In this document: in pieces, positions 24,936 through 34,196 of the stretch
Position numbering within the stretch: position 1 is the stretch's first letter
Layout of the letters: every line of letters begins with the position of its first letter
NCBI GenBank assembly: GCA_963796685.1
Contig: CAWCMR010000008.1
Location: forward strand, 384,001 to 448,000
Length of the DNA: 64,000 nt
Direction of reading: 5' to 3'
DNA from: an uncultured delta proteobacterium
GTDB taxonomy: Bacteria > Myxococcota_A > Polyangia > Fen-1088
Made by a program: the position numbers and the translations under genes
Notes under the pieces: generated by a model
The model's input: only the letters and a program-made list of their open reading frames with translations
Database searches by the model: none
Told to the model about the DNA's origin: nothing

Positions 24936-26259
24936 GGCTCCTCGCTATTTGGAATGGATTGAATTGGGAAATGCACAGGGAAGTCTGAAGTCCAGTTTTG
25001 ACAGCAGCAGATAAATCACAGTCTTCATTTTGCGCGCGGAGCGAAAGCCACGCGCCCGCGCCTTGGCCGCCTGGATGAGGCTGTTGAGTCCTTCCAAGAG
25101 ACCATTCGTCAGGCCTGACATGAACCATCTCATCACGCCTGCCTGGTGCGCCTTGAGGGTCTTGGCGGCCCTGATGACGGGTTCCAATCGGCTATGGGTG
25201 GCCCAGAAATACCAGCGCTGAAACCACGCCTCCGCTTCATCCGCACTCAGGCTATACAACTCCTGTAGCATGAGCTTGATGTGGTAGGCCCGCGCAGTGG
25301 CCAATTTGGAGGAGCGCAAGACCGCGAAGTGCTCCCTGTTCTCGGATTTGATGTTGGCCTCGTTCCTCAGCCAGTCGTGGCGCGTGCCCTTCAACTCCGG
25401 AGAGGACTTCTGCTCCTGCCTTCGCACCTCATCGATTGCGTCGTTCATGAGTTGGATGACATGGAACCTGTCGAAGGTTAGGTGCGCCGCCGGAAACGTC
25501 TCCAAGATGCCCTTGATGAATGCCTGCGACATGTCGAGACTGAAGTCCGTCACCTTCTTCACGTCTCCACCGTGAGCGAGCAGATCGTCCTTGAAACAAG
25601 CCACCGTGCCGTGATCTTTCCCCTCCGTGACGAACAAGACTTTCGCCGCAACCATGTCGGCAAAGACCGTGACATAGACGTGGTTCTTCTGCCGCGAAGT
25701 CTCGTCGACGCCAACCTCGGCGACCTGGCTGTAGTCGGCTCGCTCACGGGCCTCGTCCACGTAGTGTTCCAGGATGCGCCACAGGAGCGTGTCATGCTCG
25801 CCGACGATGCGACCGACCGCCGCCACCGTGAGGCCGTTGCGTGCCAGTTCCACCACCATCGCCTCGAAGAGAAGGGTGAAGTTCGACCCGCCACGAGCCC
25901 ATGGCACATCGACCGTCAAGACGCCGTGCTTGTCACACTTGGTTCGAGGTTGTCTTGCCTCGACATAGGTGAGGTACTGGAAGAAGTTCAGGTGTCGCCA
26001 TGTCTGCGGCGAGGCATCGTGTACCTTGCAAGCATCGCCACACGTAGGGCAAGGGAAGGTGCTCCCCGGCTTGAAGTCGACTTTGATGTCGAGGCGCTTC
26101 TTCTCGGCGTCAAGGTTCAGCTCTACGACCTCCCATGGATTGACCATGCCGAGAGCCACTGTAAAAAGCGCATTGACGTCAAGACCAGAACTTGGATTTT
26201 GCACCACGGAAGATTAGCGGAACAACCAACCTCGCGTCCATTTTAGACAGCGAGGAGCC
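24936..26259 (-). mobile_element. Complete ISL3 family insertion sequence (1324 bp)
   Basis: Terminal inverted repeats GGCTCCTCGCTATTTGGAATGGA / GGCTCCTCGCTGTCTAAAATGGA (19/23); 8-bp target duplication TCATTTCC at 24928-24935 and 26260-26267. Confidence 0.95.
24945..26207 (-). CDS. ISL3 family transposase
   Basis: CPTCG zinc finger, WRHLNFFQY, VGVDETS, SLDMS, FDRFHV, TNGLLEGLNSLIQ..K.RARGFRS. Confidence 0.96.
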   Translation of the reverse strand: MVQNPSSGLDVNALFTVALGMVNPWEVVELNLDAEKKRLDIKVDFKPGSTFPCPTCGDACKVHDASPQTWRHLNFFQYLTYVEARQPRTKCDKHGVLTVDVPWARGGSNFTLLFEAMVVELARNGLTVAAVGRIVGEHDTLLWRILEHYVDEARERADYSQVAEVGVDETSRQKNHVYVTVFADMVAAKVLFVTEGKDHGTVACFKDDLLAHGGDVKKVTDFSLDMSQAFIKGILETFPAAHLTFDRFHVIQLMNDAIDEVRRQEQKSSPELKGTRHDWLRNEANIKSENREHFAVLRSSKLATARAYHIKLMLQELYSLSADEAEAWFQRWYFWATHSRLEPVIRAAKTLKAHQAGVMRWFMSGLTNGLLEGLNSLIQAAKARARGFRSARKMKTVIYLLLSKLDFRLPCAFPNSIHSK

Positions 26260-26632
26260 TCATTTCCGCGCCGCCCGAGTCGCATCCGTCATCCGCCGGC
26301 ACCGGCTCGGGACTGCGAACGGCCGGCGTCATCACAGCCTCTGTCGGTGTCGCAGCCGTGGTCGTTGGGATCGTTTTCAATGTGAAGTCGAACAGCATCA
26401 TCAGCAACTTTGAAACGAAGCCCGGCAGCTACACGCCCAGCCAGGACTCTAGCCGTAAGACTTACCAAAGCCTCGCCTGGGTGAGCTACGGCGTAGGAGC
26501 GGCGTGCGTCGCGACTGGCGCGGTGCTCTTCGGGATCGGATTCAACGCGGGCAGGACCTCCTCGACAAGCGTGGCTCTGTTTCCCACAGTAGGAGACGGC
26601 CAGGCTGGCGTCTTGCTGACTGGAGGTTTCTG

Positions 26633-28699
26633 ATGAAAACGCGTCGCCGTACCCCAGCGTTCTGGGCCGTCTCCCTGGCTTGCCTCAATTCTCTAGCCTG
26701 CTTTAGCAGTTTCGACCCTTCGAAGATCGAGTGCGTGAGCGACCCAACCTGCCCGAGCGGCTACGTCTGCTCCCGGACGCCTGGCCAAGACCATGGCACC
26801 TGCGTTTCCAAAGGGCAAAACGGAGGCACGAGCGACGGTCCCCTCGCATCGCCGGTCGACGGCAGCAGCGCCCCAGACCGAGCTACGTACGACAGTAGCC
26901 AGGGTGACAGCGGATGGTTTGTCGACGGCCCGATTGGCGCCGAAGGGACCGCTGAGACTGGAACCTCGACTCCTCCGAAGGACGGACCCAGTGCTGACGC
27001 GGCAGATGTGCCGACCAACGCCGGCCCTGAAGCCGGCACATCGACTGACGCGACGGACGCGCCCGCTGGCTCCGGTCCTGAGGTTTCTAGTAGCGACGTC
27101 TCGACGACCCTTCCAAACGGCTCAGCTTGCACAGTCGACCTGCAATGTACAAACGCCCATTGTGTCGACGGCATCTGCTGCAACACCCAGTGTGATGGCC
27201 AGTGTGAGTCGTGTGCCGAAAGTGGCTCCACAGGAACTTGCAAGGTCCGCACGGGAGCCCCAATCGCTACGCGCACTGCCTGCAGCGGCTCAGGAACGTG
27301 CAAGGGTCAGTGCGACGGCAGCACCAAGTCGTGCGTCTACGCTGGGAGCTCCACAGTTTGCACGCAGGCAAGTTGTGTAAATGGCAGTGCTTCGCCAGCG
27401 TCGAACTGCGATGGCGCGGGCAACTGCCCAGCGGTAACGGCGAGTCAATGCGCAGGCGATTTGTGCGCAAGCGATGGCAGCGGCAAATGCGCCGCAAGTT
27501 GTACGGCAACATCCTGTTCGGCGGGCACCTACTGCAGTGCGGCGGGTGCATGCGCTCCCAAGAAGACCCCGGGGACGGCTTGCTCGTCGACAGCCGAATG
27601 TACGACCGGGATCTGCGTGGACGGAGTGTGTTGCAACACGGCCTGCACCGGTCAGTGCCAGGTATGTAACACCACTGGCACTTGCGTTAACAACTCCTCG
27701 GGGGCGCCCGTCGGCGGTCGCGGTGCCTGCACGGGTGCGGGTACCGCCTGTGGCGGAACCTGCGATGGCACCACGGACGGATGTGTCTACCCAGGTGTGA
27801 GCAAGAGCTGCGGAACCGCTACCTGCTCTTCCGACTTGACGATGTTCAATTGGACGGCATGCAACGGGCTAGGTGCCTGCTCATCGCCGCAGACGACAAG
27901 CTGCGGCACAGCAGACTACTGCAGTGGCGGTGCGTGTACGACCAAGCTAACCTCCGGGGCTTGCCAAAGCAACACCCAATGCCAAAGCGGAAACTGCTCG
28001 ATTTACTCGGTTACGGGCACGAGCATTTGTTGCCAGTCCGGCTACTCAAACTGCGGGAGTTGCTCATACCTACAAACTGACCCTGCCAACTGCGGATCGT
28101 GCGGGAACAAGTGCGGGCCGAATCGTACGTGCTCGAACGGATCCTGCTCCTGCGCGGGCTATGCCTTCACCTGCGGAGGTTGTGGAAGCTGGAACTTCGA
28201 ATCGGGCACGACGGAAAGTTGGGCGATCGGCTATGATGCCTGGGCTACGGATAATTACATGCACAACGGGGTCGTGAACGCCCTGCCGACCAGCAGCGTA
28301 GTCCATGGCGGAAGCAGCCATGCGCTGGCGGCCACGCTTAGCATGGATGGCACAAGTATCATCTGGGCCGCAATTGCGGTTCCACTTTGTCAGACCAACG
28401 GGGTGAACTTGGCCGGCTTCACGCTGTCTTTTTATGTATACTTTGCTGGCCCAGCGTTTAGCGCCCCAATGGCAAATAGTATCAGCGCCGACGCCTGGAA
28501 CGCCTCTCAGAATTCAGTTGACACTTCAACTGGTGTGAATGGTCTGTACCAAACTGCAACCAATACGTGGGTGCCAATACTGCTTAATTTCCCCACTGTC
28601 ATGACCCAGCCGATGGATCACTTGGACATCCGTTTCGCGTCAGGAGTGCCATGGAACGGCACGATGTACCTTGATGACATCCAACTGTCGCCGCCGTAG
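26633..28699 (+). CDS. Cys-rich surface lipoprotein with C-terminal CBM-like domain
   Basis: ATG overlaps the upstream TGA; lipobox SLAC; two CVDG.CCNT.C.GQC modules; TDPANCGSCGNKC; C-terminal WNFESG...GTMYLDDIQL. Confidence 0.8.
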   Translation: MKTRRRTPAFWAVSLACLNSLACFSSFDPSKIECVSDPTCPSGYVCSRTPGQDHGTCVSKGQNGGTSDGPLASPVDGSSAPDRATYDSSQGDSGWFVDGPIGAEGTAETGTSTPPKDGPSADAADVPTNAGPEAGTSTDATDAPAGSGPEVSSSDVSTTLPNGSACTVDLQCTNAHCVDGICCNTQCDGQCESCAESGSTGTCKVRTGAPIATRTACSGSGTCKGQCDGSTKSCVYAGSSTVCTQASCVNGSASPASNCDGAGNCPAVTASQCAGDLCASDGSGKCAASCTATSCSAGTYCSAAGACAPKKTPGTACSSTAECTTGICVDGVCCNTACTGQCQVCNTTGTCVNNSSGAPVGGRGACTGAGTACGGTCDGTTDGCVYPGVSKSCGTATCSSDLTMFNWTACNGLGACSSPQTTSCGTADYCSGGACTTKLTSGACQSNTQCQSGNCSIYSVTGTSICCQSGYSNCGSCSYLQTDPANCGSCGNKCGPNRTCSNGSCSCAGYAFTCGGCGSWNFESGTTESWAIGYDAWATDNYMHNGVVNALPTSSVVHGGSSHALAATLSMDGTSIIWAAIAVPLCQTNGVNLAGFTLSFYVYFAGPAFSAPMANSISADAWNASQNSVDTSTGVNGLYQTATNTWVPILLNFPTVMTQPMDHLDIRFASGVPWNGTMYLDDIQLSPP

Positions 28700-28910
28700 A
28701 GTTCATATGCGGACATGCCGCGCAATCCAGCTCCGATTTGCTCTGTCCCGCATATCAGCTTTCACGAAGATATCCCCCATACCCAGACAATCCAAAGACG
28801 GTCGCGAAAACAGTAGCTCGACGGATCTTCTGTGGTAGGAATTTACACAGTCAGGGTGAGCGAGCCGTTATCAATTTCCACCAGGGCCCGGTGCAACGCA
28901 GGCAGGTGCG

Positions 28911-29729
28911 ATGTCTAGCGGCTCGGGCAAGTGGGCGAGCAGCAGCCTTCGGCTACTGAAGGAACCCACGGTTCACTTCTTCATCATCGGGGCCTTGCTC
29001 TTCCTTGCCCACCGGATGATCGTGGGCGACCCGAGAGTCATCGTCGTCAGCCCTGGTCTCAAGGCCGAATTGAAGCGGCGATTCGCCGACGAGTATGGTC
29101 GTCAGCCTAGCCCCGCGGATTTCGAGGCGGCCCTCGATAAGTGGAAGGGGGACGAGGCCCTCTATCGTGAAGCGCTCCGGGAAAGGCTTGACCGGAACGA
29201 CGCGACGGTTCGGACCGTCTTGGTCGACAAGGTACGTCTGCGCGCCGTGCAAGAAATGCCGAAACGAAAGCCGACCGACGCAGATCTCAATGACTGGCTG
29301 GCCTCACACCGCGACGCCTACGAGATCCCGGTGAAATACGACTTCGAGTCCGTGGCCTTTCCGAAAGCCGACGCGTCGGCGGAAAAGCTCCGCTCGAGCT
29401 ACGCGGGCGCGCTCGCGGAAGGAGCGAATCAGGCAAAATTGGGGCGTCCGATTCTGAGCGGCAACCTGACGCGCGATCAGCTGAAGGAGAAATTCGGTCC
29501 CATCCTTTCGGCAAGCATATGCGCTCTGCCCGTCGGAAAATGGCAGGCGCTCGAAAGCGACGAAAGCCTGCTGCTCGTTCGCCTGAACGGCACCAGCGGT
29601 GGGCTTCCAAGCCGGGACGTTCTCAGGCCGCGCTTGACCTACGATTGGCTCGCCTCGAAACAGCAGCAAGCTGTCGCGCGTGCGATTAAGGAAATCAGCG
29701 GTCGTTATCGCTTCGAGGAGTCTCGGTGA
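28911..29729 (+). CDS. Rotamase_2/PpiC-like membrane-anchored protein
   Basis: LLKEPTVHFFIIGALLF, DEALYREALRERLDRND, FGP..LPVGKWQ. Confidence 0.8.
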   Translation: MSSGSGKWASSSLRLLKEPTVHFFIIGALLFLAHRMIVGDPRVIVVSPGLKAELKRRFADEYGRQPSPADFEAALDKWKGDEALYREALRERLDRNDATVRTVLVDKVRLRAVQEMPKRKPTDADLNDWLASHRDAYEIPVKYDFESVAFPKADASAEKLRSSYAGALAEGANQAKLGRPILSGNLTRDQLKEKFGPILSASICALPVGKWQALESDESLLLVRLNGTSGGLPSRDVLRPRLTYDWLASKQQQAVARAIKEISGRYRFEESR

Positions 29730-30706
29730 CTCGGGGCCAGGCGATCAAGCTTGCTTTCCTGGGCGCCGCTGCCGGCCTGTTTGGCGCCACGGGCGAGGCC
29801 CATGGACACGATCTCAATTCTGCCTCGCTTTCCCTGACCGAGGTGAGCGACGGCCGCTTTCTGATGCGCTGGCAGGCGAGCTCCTTCGCACTCGAGAGGG
29901 AATTCTCAACCCCGGCCATATTTCCAACGCCATGTCGAGTGCAGTTGCCATACGTCGACTGCGGCGCTTTCGGCCTGGTCGGCGCCCTGGAATTCCCCTG
30001 GCTCAAGGGAACCGAAACCAACTTGATGGTCGACATCGAATGGCGCAGCGGCGCTAGGCTCCTTCGCGTGCTGACCGCCAGCTCGCCGCGCATGCCGGTC
30101 TACGGCATCCCCGCTTCCGCCGGCCTTCGCTTCTTGAAGCCGATCGCGCTCGACTATACGCGACTGGGAATCGAGCACATCTTGACCGGTTTCGATCATC
30201 TGCTGTTCGTTATCGCCCTCACGCTTCTCGTGCGCAGAAGAAAGATGCTACTTGCCAGCATCACGGCCTTCACGGTTGCCCACAGCCTGACGTTGGCTTG
30301 TGCCGTGCTCGGGTTGCTGAGACTGCCCTCTCCACCCGTCGAGGCCTCGATAGCACTTTCCATCGTCCTCGTGTGCGGAGAGTGCTTACGGCCCGCGGAC
30401 TCGCTTGCTCACCAAGCGCCCTGGGCGGTGACCTTCGCGTTCGGCCTGTTACACGGTCTCGGCTTTGCATCCGCGCTGCTCGCGGTCGGTCTGCCCGAAG
30501 AGCACGTACCTGCGGCGCTCTTCTTCTTCAATGTTGGCGTCGAGATCGGGCAGCTCGGGGTGATCGCCTTGGTGCTCGCGCTGCGCTGGCTCATGTCCCG
30601 CCTTCGCTTGCAAAGGCCCGCCCTTGGGCGTGGCCTGGTCTATGTGCTGGGGTCCACCGCCGCCTATTGGTCCGTCGAACGGGTCCTTGCTGTCTTCACA
30701 GGTTAG
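29726..30706 (+). CDS. HupE/UreJ family membrane protein
   Basis: LGIEHILTGFDHLLF, TAFTVAHSLTL, FGLLHGLGFA, FNVGVEIGQL. Confidence 0.92.
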   Translation: MTRGQAIKLAFLGAAAGLFGATGEAHGHDLNSASLSLTEVSDGRFLMRWQASSFALEREFSTPAIFPTPCRVQLPYVDCGAFGLVGALEFPWLKGTETNLMVDIEWRSGARLLRVLTASSPRMPVYGIPASAGLRFLKPIALDYTRLGIEHILTGFDHLLFVIALTLLVRRRKMLLASITAFTVAHSLTLACAVLGLLRLPSPPVEASIALSIVLVCGECLRPADSLAHQAPWAVTFAFGLLHGLGFASALLAVGLPEEHVPAALFFFNVGVEIGQLGVIALVLALRWLMSRLRLQRPALGRGLVYVLGSTAAYWSVERVLAVFTG

Positions 30707-30834
30707 CCTGACGGACCTTATCACCCCATGCTGCCCCGGCGGACACTCCGGAGGTGGACCAGCATCTGGATAGGAAGTCAGAGGGCGATCCTAAGCATGT
30801 TGGCTGGGAACGCCGCGTGGACACGATGAGGCTG

Positions 30835-33133
30835 CTACTTCGCCAGGCGCATGATCTGGCTCACGCCGGTGCCGGTAATTGATTCCACGCGGCCCCAGTA
30901 GAGAGCGGTGTCGTCCTGGTACAACGTGGATACTATGGATTCGCCCTGTGACTGCGTGGGTTGATCCGTGGCGAGAAGGGTCCTGGATGCGGCACAGTTG
31001 GCCGGGCTGCAGCGATAGAGTGAATACGAGCTGTCGATGAAGTACATACCGTTCGCGTCCTCTACGGCATTGAATGTTCCGACACTCATGGCGAACTGAG
31101 CTCGACTGGTCGAGCTCAAGGCCGGAAGAGGGATTCGATAGACATCACCAGGCCCCGTGGCGATCAGTACGGATCGCAGGTTGACGTCGATGATGTTGCC
31201 GACATCCGCCAAGGCGCTGGCTATCTGAATGGGCGTGGTATTGGAGACGCTCGCCGTGAAGACATCCGTTTCCAGCGGATTGTTTGCTGAGTCCGAGAGA
31301 CCTCGTAGCCAGTAGACGGAGTCACCGCCTGCATACGCTGATGTATAGAAACTCGGAGAATCGCCCGATGGTACACCTGCCGTCTCGCTTTGCGAGGCGC
31401 GGATGATGAGGCCGTTGCTGAGATTGAACCAGCTAACGCTGAATGTCGAGGCGCTTGCGTCGTCACTGGTTTCGGCGTAGTAGCGAGGCGCGACACTGCT
31501 CCAGAGAACCGGCCAGCTCGTAACATTGGGATTCGCGATGGCGGCGGGCGTGAAGCCCCCACCACTCCCAACGGTCTTAAACGCAAAACTTCCGCCCAGA
31601 CCACGCTCGAAAATCGTCGAGCCGATGACGCCAGCGAAACCAGAGAAGGAATCGCTCGTAGCCACCAATGAGCCATCTTGGCCTACCGCCGACTTCGCGA
31701 CCCTGTATGCATCGGCCGCAAGGCTGGTGGACGCGCTCGGGACCTGGTAGTAGACATACTGACTGTCCACGCCGATGACTGACGGCCCAGAAGACAGGAC
31801 GCCGGTCACCGCCACGGGCTGGCAGGCCCCCGAGGAGCAAGTACCCCCCAGACAGCTATGACCACAGGTCCCGCAGTTGTTGCCATCGGTCAGGAGGTTC
31901 GAACACGAAGTCGTGCAATTGCTGAAGCCGGCACCCGTGCAGGTGCACGAGCCACCCGAGCAGGTGAAGCCGTTCGTGCATACGCTCTGCGGCTGGTTGA
32001 CTCCGTTTGCATCGCACAAAAGGGGCACGCCATCGGCTCTACAACTGGGCGTCCCAGGCGTGCAGCTGCCGGTGCACCCCTCCTTTCGCCAGCACGCAGG
32101 CATAGGTGCATGGCTCCGGGGCCGGCATGTTGCATGTACCCGAACTGCAGGTCCCCGCGGCCTGATAGGCACCGGACGAGGAACAGGATATTGTTCCGCA
32201 GCTTGTTGTTGCGGGAGGGTATGTGCAGCTCGGACTAGTGCCATTGCAGTAGCCCACGCACACGTCGGTGCCGGAGCAGGCCGGGTGATTCAGGTGAGGG
32301 GAAGCGCCGTTGCCCAAGGGGGTGCAAGTCCCCTGCTTACCACTGACGTCGCACGCATGGCAGGATCCAGTGCAGGCATTATCACAGCAGTAGCCATCGG
32401 CACAGGTTCCGTTCGCACAATCAGTCCCGGCCGTGCAGGGCTGGCCCTGGGCGGCCTTACACGCGCCCGTGGGGTCGCAGGTTCCCGTGCAGTGGAGGGA
32501 TGGATCGGATTGGTTTCTTACCGGGGCACAGGCATGGTTGGCACCACAAGTCATGCACGACGTCTTGCAGTCGGTGGCCACGCAGCACGAGGTGGAAGGA
32601 TCGATACAGTCGCCGTTGCAGAGGACCTTCGGGGCGGTGCAGGTCACGTTGCCGTCAGGCACGACTTGGGGAGCATCGGTCGGAGCATCGCCTTCGCCCG
32701 CGCCGCCCACGTCAGTCTGCACACCGCCAGCCCCACCTCCGCCACCACCGCTGCCGGCAATCGAGCTGTCGAAGAATTCCGTTCCACCGTCCTTGCTTCC
32801 CCCGGTGCCACCGGCTCCGCTGCTGTCGATCGCACTGCCCGTCCCCAAGTCCAACCTCCCGTCGACACCACTCATGTCCGAGGTCCCCGCCTCGGAAACA
32901 GTGCCCGGAGTGGTGTCTGGCTTACCATCAATGACGCTGGCATCCATGCTGGTGCCGACCGAGACGCACTTGGGGGCGACGCACACGTAGCCGGACGGGC
33001 AGTCGTCGAGCTGCATGCACACGATGTTGCTCACGTCGACCTTGGTCTTGGAAAAGCACCCGGCGAAAAACACGCTCAGCGAAAGCCGCAGAAAAACCGA
33101 CGAACCAGCTCGCACCTTATTGCGCTTTGCCAT
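30835..33133 (-). pseudogene. Cys-rich surface lipoprotein with C-terminal propeller-like domain, +1 frameshift (765 aa if corrected)
   Basis: Lipobox FAGC; CADGYCCDNACTGSC module; TDGNNCGTCGHSC; removing one base of the C run 32077-32080 joins the two ORFs (CVLAKGG|CTGSCTPG); may be a sequence error. Confidence 0.75.
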
Positions 33134-33954
33134 TAGAATTCCCCTCGCAGAAGACAACCGGCTCCGCTCGCGTCAAGGACCGGCAATAGTGACACAGTCG
33201 CTTGGGCACTGTCGTTGGAGCGCCGGCCGAACAACCACATCGCTCCTCCCGCCAAGACGGCGGCGGCACCGGCGCCATAGCCCACCCAAGACCAGGTTTC
33301 ATAGGTGCCGATGTCGGACTCTCTGCCCCGGCTGAACTTCTGGGTGTTCTGTTCGTTGACGAGGCTTTCGTGCTTGATGTTGAGCACGATTCCCGTCACC
33401 AGTGCCGCAACCCCGACCCCTGCGGTCACCATGCCTGCTACACGTAGCCCGGCGCCCGACGACGCTGCGGCCGATGTCGGGGTCGCAACGGTTTGCGCGG
33501 GCCCCTGCGGCACAGGGTAGACCAGTTGAGGAAGCGGATGGAGCGTGGGCACGACAGCAGGCGCGACGGCTGGCTTGGGCATCAAGCTCTCGCAGTCCGC
33601 AATGTGCTTCTCAACACCCGTACGGTCTTCGTCCGGCAGGTTCTCTGCCTTGCGTAGGAACTCGCGGAAGCGCTCGACGGCCTGTTCGTAGCGGCTGTTC
33701 TGCTCGTAGCAGCGACCCTGATTGTAGACGTAGTTGGGATCGTTGCTGTCCACGTACAGGTCGGCCAGGATGTCGATGCCCTTCTTGTAGTCGCCAGTTG
33801 CACAGGCCTTTTTGGCTGCCTTCTCCTGCGTTTGTCGGTTGAGAGCGGCCTCCTGGCCCAGATGGCTCGATGCCTTGCCCGCAGCCCACGCGCTGGAGCC
33901 GCTGAACGATGTGACCAGGGTTAGCACTAAAAAGGTACGCATGGAGGTACGCAT
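33133..33954 (-). CDS. Secreted TPR-like protein with hydrophobic C-terminal region ending in Phe
   Basis: Signal peptide (SAWA), YNQGRCYEQNSRYEQAVERFREFL, Pro-rich linker, GLRVAG hydrophobic hairpin, LLRGEF. Confidence 0.8.
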   Translation of the reverse strand: MRTSMRTFLVLTLVTSFSGSSAWAAGKASSHLGQEAALNRQTQEKAAKKACATGDYKKGIDILADLYVDSNDPNYVYNQGRCYEQNSRYEQAVERFREFLRKAENLPDEDRTGVEKHIADCESLMPKPAVAPAVVPTLHPLPQLVYPVPQGPAQTVATPTSAAASSGAGLRVAGMVTAGVGVAALVTGIVLNIKHESLVNEQNTQKFSRGRESDIGTYETWSWVGYGAGAAAVLAGGAMWLFGRRSNDSAQATVSLLPVLDASGAGCLLRGEF

Positions 33955-34196
33955 AGGTTGTTTCCACCTTGCCGGGAAAATCAGTCCGGATGCCCGATAT
34001 GATGCATGGTACCCATCGTATCTTCAACCAGTTTATGCGCGCCGCGGTGACCGTGCTTTCCGGCTGCGCCGGCCTGCGAAAAGCGAGAGTGGCGAGGCCG
34101 GATTCAGGGCCGAACGGACACGCCGTGTCTGGTGGTTTCTCGAGACCCAAGCACGGCGTTCTCGCCGAGTGCGCCCATTCCGCATTCAGCTTGCCG

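Larger units (their letters stand above)
24435..26633 (+). pseudogene. Secreted TPR-like protein gene interrupted by ISL3 (288 aa when rejoined)
   Basis: 24435-24935 joined to 26268-26633 reads in frame (..VPLIS|APPESHP..GLRTAGVITASVG..LLTGGF); paralog of 33133..33954. Confidence 0.9.

Noticed and set aside
28706-28755. Inverted repeat ATATGCGGACA...TGTCCCGCATAT as an integron attC site
   Set aside because: No RYYYAAC/GTTRRRY core sites, single copy, no integrase; probably a 3' hairpin
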